This document shows, piece by piece, positions 10,180-19,471 of a stretch of 64,000 bases of DNA (positions are counted from its first letter, which is position 1; the number at the start of each line of letters is the position of its first letter). A model generated the notes under the pieces. It ran no database searches. It was not told where the DNA came from and saw nothing but the letters and a program-made list of their open reading frames with translations. The stretch spans positions 636,541 through 700,540 of the forward strand of contig JBAQNH010000002.1 of the NCBI GenBank assembly GCA_049303575.1. The letters are read 5' to 3'. The DNA is from Microgenomates group bacterium. Lineage in GTDB: Bacteria > Patescibacteriota > Microgenomatia > UBA1400 > MFAQ01. The position numbers were made by a program, and so were the translations under genes.

Positions 10180-11845
10180 AAGTACTCCTTAAAACACCAT
10201 CCTGTTTCTTTTTATACTTAGCTAAAATATCTTTATCTCTTCTGTATTTCTTAATCACCTGCCCCATGTGCCAACCACTAACAAAATGCGGGAAGATCAC
10301 GTAAGCTGCCCCGGCTTGATAAAGTTCCCTTGCTTGAGCCAAACTTTCCGCATCCGCGATTACCGGCACCTCAATCTTCCTATTTTTCAATTCTGAAATT
10401 AAAGACAGTGAATCATTTAGACTTTTTATGGTTGAGATTACCATTTTGGCCTGTGCAATATTTGCTAGTTCCAAAACGTCCGGATCGGTCGCGTCGGCAA
10501 AAATAACCGACTCCCCTTTCTTTTTTAAATCACCTACCACCTGTGGATTAAAATCCACCACCACCGTTTCTTCACCAATTTTATTTAAAAATGACAGGAT
10601 GCTCTTTCCGGTTCTATCTCCCCCAAAAAGAACGATATGGTTCTTGTGTTCAACTTTTATTTGCTTATTTTTTCCGCTAAATTTAAACAACAACTTCGAT
10701 ATTTTACTTATCTTGATACTTAGTTTTTCGGAATTACTTATTAAAACAGTCGACAGCGCCATCGAAAACAAACCGGCCAGAGTCACTGCCTTAACTAATG
10801 GTTCATTCCACAACCCGGTGGCGAGTCCAACCGACATTATTACCAAAGAAAACTCTGACATTTGCGTCATATTGATACCAAGCATTAATGCATTTCTGCC
10901 ACTCAGACCAATAAGTCTCGACACCATATGAGTTATCAAAAACTTTACCAAAATGATCATCGGGACAAGAACTAACAATAATTTCCAGTCCACACCTCCC
11001 AACCCAACCTGAAATCCAAGCAAGACAAAAAACATCGTTAGGAACACATCCCGCAAAACTCTGATCTTGCTGATTATTTGAAAATGCCCCCAACTGGTCG
11101 ACAGTGACAAACCCGCCAAGAGTCCACCAATCTCGGGAGACAAACCCAAAAGCTTCACCGAACCGAACAGAACCAAAGCAAACCAAGATAGGCTGAACAG
11201 CACCAAGTCCTCTGCCGTTTTAATCACGTATTTCATTAGTTGCGAAATCAAAAAGTGTCCGACAATATTAACCGCTAAAATCAGCGATAAAAGTTTTACC
11301 AAAAGCGTTCCCAAACCAAAAGCATTAGCTGCACTTCCGGTACTCGGTAAAAATACCAACAAGCCAATGGCAAGAATATCTTGAAGAAGCAAAACACCCA
11401 ACGTCAGTCTTCCTGAATAACTTTCAAGCTCCTTTTTTTCGGACAGTACCTTGACCACCACGATGGTGCTGCTAAAAGTCATCGCTACGGCGAAAAACAC
11501 TGCCGCCAAAGGCGAAAAACCTATCGCAAACACACCAAACACCACAAAAACTGCAGCCAGCAACAACGTCTGCCCGAAAAACACCAAGACAGCTTCTTTT
11601 CCCACCTTACGAATCTCCGTCCAGTTCATCTCCAAACCCACTAAAAACAGTAGCAGTGTCACCCCTAAAGTCCCTAAAAGTTCCAACACTTCTACGCTCG
11701 GTGAGCTGATGAAACCGGATAACCCAATGACAAATCCTGACAAAACGTGACCAACAATCGAAGGTAGACCAAAATAACGAAAGATAATCCCCACCAAGAC
11801 AGCAATTACAAAAACCGCTACCAATTCAACAATAAACAAATCCAT
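10163..11845 (-). CDS. monovalent cation:proton antiporter (CPA2/KefB-like) with C-terminal TrkA-N (RCK) domain
   Basis: about 12 TM helices followed by HIVLFGGDRTGKSILSFL...VVVDFNPQ Rossmann NAD-binding fold. Confidence 0.8.
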   Translation of the reverse strand: MDLFIVELVAVFVIAVLVGIIFRYFGLPSIVGHVLSGFVIGLSGFISSPSVEVLELLGTLGVTLLLFLVGLEMNWTEIRKVGKEAVLVFFGQTLLLAAVFVVFGVFAIGFSPLAAVFFAVAMTFSSTIVVVKVLSEKKELESYSGRLTLGVLLLQDILAIGLLVFLPSTGSAANAFGLGTLLVKLLSLILAVNIVGHFLISQLMKYVIKTAEDLVLFSLSWFALVLFGSVKLLGLSPEIGGLLAGLSLSTSWGHFQIISKIRVLRDVFLTMFFVLLGFQVGLGGVDWKLLLVLVPMIILVKFLITHMVSRLIGLSGRNALMLGINMTQMSEFSLVIMSVGLATGLWNEPLVKAVTLAGLFSMALSTVLISNSEKLSIKISKISKLLFKFSGKNKQIKVEHKNHIVLFGGDRTGKSILSFLNKIGEETVVVDFNPQVVGDLKKKGESVIFADATDPDVLELANIAQAKMVISTIKSLNDSLSLISELKNRKIEVPVIADAESLAQARELYQAGAAYVIFPHFVSGWHMGQVIKKYRRDKDILAKYKKKQDGVLRSTYGGEY

Positions 11846-11854
11846 TACTCCATT

Positions 11855-12586
11855 CTAATCGGAAACCATCCTCTTAAGCAACATATCACAATCGACTGGC
11901 AAAGGCGCCACTATTTCAAGTTCCTCACCCGAAAAACTTTTGAAGGCTATTCTTTCGGCGTGCAAGAAATGATGGCTCAAAAATTCTCGATCTCTCCCCG
12001 CCAACTCCTTGTTTAAATACTTCTCATCCGCAAAGATCGGCCAACCCAAAAAGGATAAATGCACTCTTATCTGATGAGTTCTTCCCGTTTTTAAATTCAA
12101 TCGAAGATAAGTTAGTGCATTCTTCCAGTGTTCCGAGTTTTCGTATCGGAATCGTTTCAACACCTTCCATGAAGTAATTGCTTTCTTTCCTTCATAGTGA
12201 ACCTGCCATTTTCCCCGATCAAATAAACTTCGTTTCATCGGTAAAATCACCGTTCCTTCACTCGGTTCCACCCTCCCGTGAACCAAGGCGACGTACTCCT
12301 TGGTAAGTTTTCGTTCCTTAAATAATTTTAAGTAGTATCGCAAAGCATCCGGATTCTTGGCAATTAAAAGACAGCCACTCGTTTCTTTATCCAGTCGATG
12401 GCAAAAACCGCTTCTCTGTCGAAATAACTTATCCGTATACTGAAAAAACTTCTCTCCCTGCCTCTCCTCAATCCAGTCCTGTACCGTTGGTGCATTTACC
12501 GAGTCGGCGCGATTCACCACTAACCCCACCGGTTTATTGATTACCAGCGTCTCGTTGTCTTCGTAGAGTACTTCTATTTCCATCAA
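11855..12586 (-). CDS. RluA-family 23S rRNA/tRNA pseudouridine synthase
   Basis: VINKPVGLVV...HRLDKETSGCLLIAKN catalytic Asp motif. Confidence 0.85.
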   Translation of the reverse strand: MMEIEVLYEDNETLVINKPVGLVVNRADSVNAPTVQDWIEERQGEKFFQYTDKLFRQRSGFCHRLDKETSGCLLIAKNPDALRYYLKLFKERKLTKEYVALVHGRVEPSEGTVILPMKRSLFDRGKWQVHYEGKKAITSWKVLKRFRYENSEHWKNALTYLRLNLKTGRTHQIRVHLSFLGWPIFADEKYLNKELAGRDREFLSHHFLHAERIAFKSFSGEELEIVAPLPVDCDMLLKRMVSD

Positions 12587-12950
12587 CTCCCAGTATATAC
12601 GACACTACCCCCAAACTAATAAGAACGTCGCTCAAATTAAAACAGAAAGGTAAGAAGGGTAAACAAACATAATCCCACACACTCCCCCAGATAAATCTAT
12701 AAAAAATATTTCCCAATCCCCCTAAGGTAATCAAGAACAAAGATGGTCTAAACTTCCTTAATTTAATTAACTCGAATAAAAACCATCCAATAAACAAACT
12801 AAGGGCTATAAAAGAGATAATATTCCCGATTTCTGCCGCCATCCCAAAAGACACTCCCCTATTCTCCAACCCAACGTCGGATGCACGAAATATCGTCTGA
12901 AAAACTAAATCTAATAGCAGAATTAAAACACCCCTGAAGATCACTCTCCC
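12534..12950 (-). CDS. lspA: lipoprotein signal peptidase (signal peptidase II)
   Basis: NRGVSFGM, LGGLGNIFYRFIWGSVWDY and FNLSDVLISLG match the LspA motifs NTGAAFS / GGALGNLFDRL..G.VVD / FNLAD; overlaps rluA as in many lspA-rluD operons. Confidence 0.8.
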   Translation of the reverse strand, partial: GRVIFRGVLILLLDLVFQTIFRASDVGLENRGVSFGMAAEIGNIISFIALSLFIGWFLFELIKLRKFRPSLFLITLGGLGNIFYRFIWGSVWDYVCLPFLPFCFNLSDVLISLGVVSYILGVDGNRSTLRRQRDAGNQ

Positions 12951-13330
12951 GACTTCTTTTCCATCTTTCTGGCACAATCCATACAGTACTCGGCTGTTGG
13001 CGTCACCGCCAGTCTGTCCGTATCAATCATTTTTCCGCAATTACTACAAATGCCGTATTTCCCCAACTTAATTCTCGTTAATGTTTTTCGAATTGCTATC
13101 AAGGACTTGGATACTTGTAGTCTCATGGCAAAAGATCTGTCATGTTGTACATTCTCGGCCACATCTGAGTCCACCGAGTTGTCAGCATCTCTATTTCCGG
13201 TCACAAAAGGATCAACTTTTTTGAGTTCCTCTTTTGTTACTTTTAATTTCTTCTGTTCTCCTTTAAGGTAAGCCACCAAAGGCTTTAATAACTGTGCGGG
13301 AAACGATATTTTTTTATTGTTTTTTTCCAT
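12941..13330 (-). CDS. DksA/TraR-family C4 zinc-finger protein
   Basis: CSNCGKMIDTDRLAVTPTAEYCMDCARK four-Cys finger at the C-terminus. Confidence 0.75.
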   Translation of the reverse strand: MEKNNKKISFPAQLLKPLVAYLKGEQKKLKVTKEELKKVDPFVTGNRDADNSVDSDVAENVQHDRSFAMRLQVSKSLIAIRKTLTRIKLGKYGICSNCGKMIDTDRLAVTPTAEYCMDCARKMEKKSGE

Positions 13331-14051
13331 TTTTAAGAATATTTTTTAAATCCTCCGTTATTGTCCTGCCAGACCTAATATACACTAAAACCAATCCTCC
13401 AACAAACAATATTCCCGACCACAATCCAACCGTCCAGGAATAGTTTCCGGTCAGAATTTTTTCGACAAGAAACAACAAACCCCACAAAGAAATCGAAAAC
13501 CCGGCAACAAACCCGGATCTGGCTGACGTCTTATTATTCCTGTACCAAGCAAAAGTCCTATACCTCTCCTCGACATTCCAAAAATATATAAAAACAATTA
13601 GATATACCAATGCCAAAACAATGTACTGCCACATGAAGGCAAGAATAGCCAAACCGGCAAGGAAAATTGCCGTACCGGCCGAAATACCTAAAACGGTTAA
13701 ATCAAACCAGTCCATAAATTTAACTTTAATTTTCCGCAAACAAAGCCAGAGACCAAGAGCAATTCCGAGGATAACGCCAAAGCGATCCAAGCCGGGGTAG
13801 TTTGTTAGTAAAAACAGTCTCGATAAATGATCCCCAAACATTCCCATATTCAAGATCGCAAAAACTATTCGACCCACAATAAAACCCCAAAACGCCGAAA
13901 GTACCACACTATCTAAAATTGTTCTATTCTCAAAATGAGACTCATTGGCCTTCTTAAAAAAAACAAACGACCCCCACAAATAAGCAATCACGGCCAGCAG
14001 ACCAAAGCCGTAAACTGGAATATTATTTATACGTATTATTGCTTCATTCAT
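13314..14051 (-). CDS. probable prolipoprotein diacylglyceryl transferase (divergent Lgt-like membrane protein)
   Basis: multi-TM protein with an FWGFIVGRIVFAIL segment resembling the Lgt GGRIGYVLF region; placed beside lspA. The canonical HPSQLYE motif is not evident. Confidence 0.45.
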   Translation of the reverse strand: MNEAIIRINNIPVYGFGLLAVIAYLWGSFVFFKKANESHFENRTILDSVVLSAFWGFIVGRIVFAILNMGMFGDHLSRLFLLTNYPGLDRFGVILGIALGLWLCLRKIKVKFMDWFDLTVLGISAGTAIFLAGLAILAFMWQYIVLALVYLIVFIYFWNVEERYRTFAWYRNNKTSARSGFVAGFSISLWGLLFLVEKILTGNYSWTVGLWSGILFVGGLVLVYIRSGRTITEDLKNILKNGKKQ

Positions 14052-14079
14052 TCAGATTTATTGTATACTAAAATTCACC

Positions 14080-14526
14080 ATGCTTTCTATTGCCCACGGC
14101 GCAACCGGCGCCTTCATAGCCTCAAAAATTCCCAATCCCCTGATAAGCATTCCCCTTATTTTTCTTTCTCACTATATCGAAGATAGAATCCCCCACTGGG
14201 ACGTCGGTCAGGGTCTTACGGCCAAAAAAAAATCCCGTAAAGCCGCTTTCCTCCAGGAACTGTTTTTTGATTTTCCCCTCTCCATCATCTTTGTTTACTA
14301 TATTTTTCAAGTCGGGCGCCCATTTGACTGGCGTGTCTGGATGGGATGGTTTGTTGGACTTACCCCCGATTTTTTAGAATTTCCCTATCTCTTCATGGAC
14401 GCACGCTTCTTCCCCATTAAGCAGTTAGCCGCTTTTCACAGTCTGATCCACCGTTCCACTCCCCATAAGCTCTGGGGTCTTCTTCCTCAGGTCCTGGTGA
14501 TTCTCCTAATTCTACTTCTTAAATAG
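14080..14526 (+). CDS. hypothetical membrane protein
   Basis: 148 aa, hydrophobic, His-rich N-terminal half; no confident family. Confidence 0.4.
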   Translation: MLSIAHGATGAFIASKIPNPLISIPLIFLSHYIEDRIPHWDVGQGLTAKKKSRKAAFLQELFFDFPLSIIFVYYIFQVGRPFDWRVWMGWFVGLTPDFLEFPYLFMDARFFPIKQLAAFHSLIHRSTPHKLWGLLPQVLVILLILLLK

Positions 14527-14537
14527 CCCTGTCCCTT

Positions 14538-15098
14538 TTAATTCGCTCTCGCCGTATACTGCCCCGTCTCGGTATTTACCTTAATTTTGTCCCCGACACC
14601 AATAAACAAAGGTACATTTACGGTAAGTCCGGAAGCGGTTGTGGCAGGTTTAAGGACATTACTCACTGTGTTTCCACGAGCACCCGGCTCGGTCTCAGTA
14701 ATCTCCATAATGACGCTGGCTTGCAGTTCTACGCCTAGAATTTTTTCATCCCAGAAAAGCACCCAGGCTTTTTCACCTTCCACCAAAAACTTCACATCAT
14801 CTCCCAAAACGGCTAGAGGGATTTCATACTGTTCAAAAGATACTGGATCCATAAAATAGGCTTTTTCGTCATCTTTGTACAAATACTGAAGGTGTTTCTT
14901 TTCCAAAAGAATGTCTTCCACCATGTTGCCGGAAATATACCCCTTAGTCACGATCGAACCGTTAAAAAGATTCTTTGCCTTCACTTTTATGGTTGCATTT
15001 CCCCTACCCATCTTAGTAAAGTCATACTTCATTACCCGAAAAGGATTACCTTCTTCGGTAAAAGTAACACCAACTTTAAGTTTGTTTACATCAATCAT
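14538..15098 (-). CDS. efp: elongation factor P
   Basis: full-length similarity pattern: VGVTFTEEGNPFRVMKYDFTKMGRGNATIKVKAKNL... Confidence 0.9.
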   Translation of the reverse strand: MIDVNKLKVGVTFTEEGNPFRVMKYDFTKMGRGNATIKVKAKNLFNGSIVTKGYISGNMVEDILLEKKHLQYLYKDDEKAYFMDPVSFEQYEIPLAVLGDDVKFLVEGEKAWVLFWDEKILGVELQASVIMEITETEPGARGNTVSNVLKPATTASGLTVNVPLFIGVGDKIKVNTETGQYTARAN

Positions 15099-15135
15099 TT
15101 GAGTATTCTACTCCCCTTTTGGGGGATTAATAAAG

Positions 15136-15218
15136 TGCCGAGAGAGGGGATCGAACCCTCACGGGATTGCTCCCACAGGTTTTTGAGACCTGAGCGTATA
15201 CCATTCCGCCATCTCGGC
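15136..15218 (-). tRNA. tRNA-Leu (anticodon CAA), type II with long variable arm
   Basis: cloverleaf read by hand: acceptor GCCGAGA/TCTCGGC, anticodon stem CAGGT/ACCTG with loop CTCAAAA, T-arm GAGGG-TTCGATC-CCCTC; CCA not encoded. Confidence 0.85.
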
Positions 15219-15252
15219 AATACTTGATTTTACCACGCACCGCCCCCCATAC

Positions 15253-15286
15253 TTGACATTTTAGCCTCCCCATGCTACTATAGGCC
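15253..15286 (+). promoter_or_regulatory. promoter TTGACA-17-TGcTACTAT with conserved spacer (copy 1 of a near-identical pair)
   Basis: 30 of 34 positions identical to the element at 20351..20384, including the normally unconstrained spacer. Confidence 0.55.
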
Positions 15287-15318
15287 TAAGCAAATTTACA
15301 TTCACAAGAGGAGGAGAC

Positions 15319-15636
15319 ATGAAAAACTTGTCCCAGCGGGAAAATAGTGACATCGACATCTTTGATGTCATGGCAGGAAGCGATATCAAAGAAACGATAA
15401 CTGAAGCCATAGCCCTCTCGGCGAAAGAAAATCGTCTTGTTCGATTTGAGTTCAATAGCGTGATCGTAAACGTGAACTCTGACTCAAAAACAGAGCTCAT
15501 CTATCGCGACTTCAGTAGGGCCATTAGGGGCTATATCGACAAAAATATTGGTCCGAACCCAAATCCCGTCCTCACGGACGAGCAAAAAGAAAGTGATGCC
15601 CACATTAGGGCCAAAATAAATCTCGAGTCCAAGTAA
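15319..15636 (+). CDS. hypothetical 105-aa protein
   Basis: RBS GAGGAGGAG upstream, consensus promoter, terminator downstream. Confidence 0.5.
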   Translation: MKNLSQRENSDIDIFDVMAGSDIKETITEAIALSAKENRLVRFEFNSVIVNVNSDSKTELIYRDFSRAIRGYIDKNIGPNPNPVLTDEQKESDAHIRAKINLESK

Positions 15637-15646
15637 ATACGCTTAT

Positions 15647-15673
15647 AAGACCCCCTTTCAGGGGTCTTTTTTT
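15647..15673 (+). terminator. rho-independent terminator
   Basis: aagacccc-ctttca-ggggtctt hairpin followed by a T run. Confidence 0.65.
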
Positions 15674-16259
15674 ATCTCTTCCCTACCCACTCCCAGTTCA
15701 CTACTTTCCACCAGTTACTTACATACTCCACTCTTCTATTTTGATATTTCAAATAGTACGCATGTTCCCAAACATCTATCCCCAAAAGTGGTTTTTTCCC
15801 TGAAGAGAGTGGGTTGTCTTGATTTGCTGTAGACATAATCTCGAGTTTCCCTTCGCTATCTTCCACCAACCACCCCCATCCGCTTCCAAACCTCCCCATG
15901 GCATTTTTCTCAAACAAAGCTTTAAACTCGACCAAACTTCCAAACTCTGTTTCAATTTTCTTTCCCAAATCAACCGGCATTATACCCTCTCCCCCTTCCT
16001 TCATTTCTTGCCAGTAAAAATTGTGGTTCCATACACCTCCGGCATTATTTTTAATCACCGCCACCTCACTATTCATTAATTCTTCCAGGGATTTGTCTTG
16101 TAACTCCGGAGTTCCCTCCAGTATTTTATTAAGATTATCCACGTAACTCTGGTGGTGTTTTCCATAATGGATCTCCACTGTCTGTCGGTCTATTACCGGC
16201 TCAAGTGCATCATAGCCATAGGGCAATTCTTCTAATACAAACGGGTAATGGTTACTCAT
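15672..16259 (-). CDS. sodA: Fe/Mn superoxide dismutase
   Basis: HHQSYVDNLN ... DVWEHAYYLKYQNRR metal-ligand signature. Confidence 0.9.
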   Translation of the reverse strand: MSNHYPFVLEELPYGYDALEPVIDRQTVEIHYGKHHQSYVDNLNKILEGTPELQDKSLEELMNSEVAVIKNNAGGVWNHNFYWQEMKEGGEGIMPVDLGKKIETEFGSLVEFKALFEKNAMGRFGSGWGWLVEDSEGKLEIMSTANQDNPLSSGKKPLLGIDVWEHAYYLKYQNRRVEYVSNWWKVVNWEWVGKR

Positions 16260-16301
16260 AATTTAAGTAATAATTAATACACTATCAATTTATCACAAAA
16301 A

Positions 16302-17612
16302 CTATCTTCCCCTATCCACTCCGTAAAACTTGACCCGATCACCTCTAAACTTCAAATCGATTGTCCCTGACGCACCGTTACGATGTTTGGCAATAGATAA
16401 CTTTACGTCCTCCAAATTATTTTCATCGTTGCGATAAAGGAACATTACGACGTCAGCATCCTGCTCAATTGATCCAGACTCGCGTAAGTCGGCCAAAACT
16501 GGTGTTTTATCTGTTCTACTCTCTACTCCTCGATTAAGCTGGGACAGCGCCAAAACCGGAATTTTTAACTCCCGAGCCAGGTTTTTTAAGCCCTGAGAAA
16601 TTGCTCCAACCTCCTGCACCCGACTTTCGTAATTTTTGTCACCCACACACAACTGTAAATAGTCGACCACCAAAAGTTTCACTCCAACCTGGGAGTGCAA
16701 ACGACGAGCTTTTGTTCTAAGTTCCAAAATCGACTGCCCTGGAGTGTCATCAATATACAAAGGTGATTCCGCCAATACTCCCATTCCCTCTGATAATTTG
16801 GCAAAATCATCATCCTTAAGGTTTCCTGTTTTTAATTTCCATGCATCAATATTCGCCTGAGACACCAACATTCTATCGACCATTTCCAAGTTACTCATTT
16901 CCAGTGCAAAGTAACCAACCGGCATTTTCTTTTCTACTGCCACGTACTGAGCCACATTAGTTGCAAAAGCGGTCTTTCCTATACCCGGCCTGGCTGCCAA
17001 AATAATCAGGTTAGAGTCTTGCATTCCGGCTAACATCTTGTCCAAGTCAGAAAACCCGGTTGGGACACCACGAAGACCATCAGCAGAGTTTTGCAGTGTG
17101 TCCAATCGATCAAAGCTTTCCGCCAAAGCATCCTTAATCGGGATAAAAGATCTCCGCATATTCGTCTGGGACAACGAGTAAATTTCTTGTTCAGCTTTAT
17201 CCAAAACTTCATTCAATGGCTTACTATCATCAAATCCCATCTCTCCCATGGTGGCACCTGCAGAGATCAACTTTCTCTTTATGTATGTTTCGCGAACAAT
17301 TTGGGCATATTTTCCGACATGTGAGGCTACTGGTACTTCATTGGATAACTCAGATAAATATGATTTTCCTCCCACCCTCTCCAGTAACTTTGCCTTTTTA
17401 AGCCAGTCGGCGACCGTCAAAACGTCAATCGGATCGCGGTTTTCGTAAAGAGTCACCATTGCTTCGAAAACCGAACCGTTGTTTTCGCTATAAAACATCT
17501 CCGGTCGTAAAAGTACCGCAATATCGACGATTGCGTCCTTATCAATTAGAATCGCTCCCAGAATAGATTTTTCCGCCTCATCTGAATGGGGCGGTATCCT
17601 TGTGTTAGGCAT
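16302..17612 (-). CDS. dnaB: replicative DNA helicase DnaB
   Basis: ILAARPGIGKTAFATNVA Walker A and RecA-like C-terminal domain; no intein. Confidence 0.9.
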   Translation of the reverse strand: MPNTRIPPHSDEAEKSILGAILIDKDAIVDIAVLLRPEMFYSENNGSVFEAMVTLYENRDPIDVLTVADWLKKAKLLERVGGKSYLSELSNEVPVASHVGKYAQIVRETYIKRKLISAGATMGEMGFDDSKPLNEVLDKAEQEIYSLSQTNMRRSFIPIKDALAESFDRLDTLQNSADGLRGVPTGFSDLDKMLAGMQDSNLIILAARPGIGKTAFATNVAQYVAVEKKMPVGYFALEMSNLEMVDRMLVSQANIDAWKLKTGNLKDDDFAKLSEGMGVLAESPLYIDDTPGQSILELRTKARRLHSQVGVKLLVVDYLQLCVGDKNYESRVQEVGAISQGLKNLARELKIPVLALSQLNRGVESRTDKTPVLADLRESGSIEQDADVVMFLYRNDENNLEDVKLSIAKHRNGASGTIDLKFRGDRVKFYGVDRGR

Positions 17613-18270
17613 CCATTATTAATACTTGAGTATCGTCGGGCAAGCTTCCTTCATCTACTTTTATCTTATGCACCGGTTCTCCGGCTACTAAAAATTTATT
17701 CTTATCCAAAAACTCTTCCAGGGTGTGTTTTGCCGACCACATTTCCGTCATTCCGGCGACTTTGTAGTGCATAGGGATTACGTAAGATGGCTGGATATCT
17801 TTAATAAGATCCATCACTTCATTTGTCTCCAAGGCTGTTACTCCCCCAACACCTACCATCAACACATCTACCGATCCAATCTTTTCAATCTGCGCCTCGG
17901 AAAGTTTATGCCCCAAATCTCCTAAGTGTAAAACGTTCAGTCCGTCCATTCTTACATTCATAATTAGATTTTTTCCTCTTTCGGCTCCCTCCACTTTATC
18001 GTGATACATTTTGGTCGCTGCTATCTCTACTCCTCCGATTTCATACTCTCCCTCTTTATCAATTACAAAGGTATCTTGACGAGTAACCGGACCGGTTACA
18101 TTTTCCAATGCATTATGATCATCATGGTTGTGAGAAATAGTCACTATATCAGCCACCTCTTTCGCAAAAGGTAGACCAACCATCTCACTTTTAAAAGGAT
18201 CCATGATAATTGTCATCCCTTCCTTATTTTTTAACTTAAAACACGAGTGGCCAAGATATGTGATTTCCAT
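17605..18270 (-). CDS. MBL-fold metal-dependent hydrolase (UPF0173-like); start taken at MEITYLGHS
   Basis: HNHDDHN metal-binding motif; the upstream extension in the ORF track is probably not translated. Confidence 0.7.
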   Translation of the reverse strand: MEITYLGHSCFKLKNKEGMTIIMDPFKSEMVGLPFAKEVADIVTISHNHDDHNALENVTGPVTRQDTFVIDKEGEYEIGGVEIAATKMYHDKVEGAERGKNLIMNVRMDGLNVLHLGDLGHKLSEAQIEKIGSVDVLMVGVGGVTALETNEVMDLIKDIQPSYVIPMHYKVAGMTEMWSAKHTLEEFLDKNKFLVAGEPVHKIKVDEGSLPDDTQVLIMDA

Positions 18271-18380
18271 GAAACAATAATACCACAGCGCCCACCCAAG
18301 AACCCGAAAGGATTGTGGTGCCAGCACCCACAAAACTTGCAAATGTTGTTCCAAACTGTTATCCTTTCACTCGAAAGCCT

Positions 18381-18815
18381 ATGCGTAAAGAAGTCATTCT
18401 AGCCGTAATCATTGGGATAATCCTCGGAGGAGTCATCCTCTATGGCATTAATCTCGCCAATACCTCTTCCAAGATTAATCAGGCTAACACCGAAACAGAA
18501 AAAGGCAGTTCAAAGATCACTCCCTCCTCCTCAAAAAAACCGGACAGTCTAATTTCCATCCTCTTTCCCCCTAATAACTCTGTTGTTACTGAAGCCCAGC
18601 TTACCCTCAAGGGCACAACCAAACCCAACTCCAACATCGCCATCGTCTCCGAAAGTGATGATATCCTCACCGTGTCCGATAAATCCGGCAATTTTTCGGA
18701 AGATATTAACTTAATTTCAGGGGAAAACATCATCACCATCACCATCGTTGACGATAAGCAAGCTACTTCCTCTTCCACTATTATTGTTATTCGCACCGCC
18801 ACCCTACCTGAATAA
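18381..18815 (+). CDS. hypothetical membrane-anchored/secreted protein
   Basis: start at MRKEV followed by a TM helix; Ser/Thr-rich. Confidence 0.45.
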   Translation: MRKEVILAVIIGIILGGVILYGINLANTSSKINQANTETEKGSSKITPSSSKKPDSLISILFPPNNSVVTEAQLTLKGTTKPNSNIAIVSESDDILTVSDKSGNFSEDINLISGENIITITIVDDKQATSSSTIIVIRTATLPE

Positions 18816-18816
18816 A

Positions 18817-19452
18817 ATGAAAAAACTATTTTTATCTCTCTCCACTATTTTTTTCAGCCTCGTCTTTGTTCAGCCCGTAATGGCTATCACTCCAACTCCC
18901 TCGGCTACCCCAACTCCAGACATAGAGGAAAAATATAAACTGATCGTTCAAGAAAATGTTTCCAGTATTGCCGCCAAATTACAAGAAAAGGTTAATCTCA
19001 TGTCTCTTGTCGGCTATGTTGGTAAAATCACCACCATCAGTTCGGGAAACTTAACTGTGGACTCACACGGTGCTCTTCTTCAGGTTACTTCTACAGCCAA
19101 AACAGTCTATCTTAAAAACAATTCCCCTATCAAAGCCACTTCTCTTGCCATCGGTGACAAAGTCATTATCATCGGTACTTCCATTAAAGACGGCATCGTT
19201 CAAGCCAAAAGAGTTTCGGTTATCAAAGACGAACCAATACTTGTAAAAACAACTGCCGTAATTGCTAAAGTCGTCTCCGTAGATATCAAGAAGAAAACTC
19301 TTACCCTTACTATTAATGGTGCTGACCAAATCCTGACCCTCTCCAAAAAATCCACCGTCAAACTGGACCAGCTTAAAGCCGATCAAACCATTCTGGGTAT
19401 TGTTAAAGAATATGATGGTGCCCTCTCCATCTCTCGTGCCAAAGCCCTTTAG
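18817..19452 (+). CDS. hypothetical secreted protein with signal peptide
   Basis: MKKLFLSLSTIFFSLVFVQPVMA signal peptide; begins 1 nt after the previous stop. Confidence 0.5.
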   Translation: MKKLFLSLSTIFFSLVFVQPVMAITPTPSATPTPDIEEKYKLIVQENVSSIAAKLQEKVNLMSLVGYVGKITTISSGNLTVDSHGALLQVTSTAKTVYLKNNSPIKATSLAIGDKVIIIGTSIKDGIVQAKRVSVIKDEPILVKTTAVIAKVVSVDIKKKTLTLTINGADQILTLSKKSTVKLDQLKADQTILGIVKEYDGALSISRAKAL

Positions 19453-19471
19453 TTTAGGCTAAAATGGATTA

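Noticed and set aside
14538-15300. tRNA-Leu locus as a genomic-island integration site
   Set aside because: No direct repeat of the tRNA 3' end, no integrase and no compositional shift nearby. The flanking genes (efp, sodA) are core.
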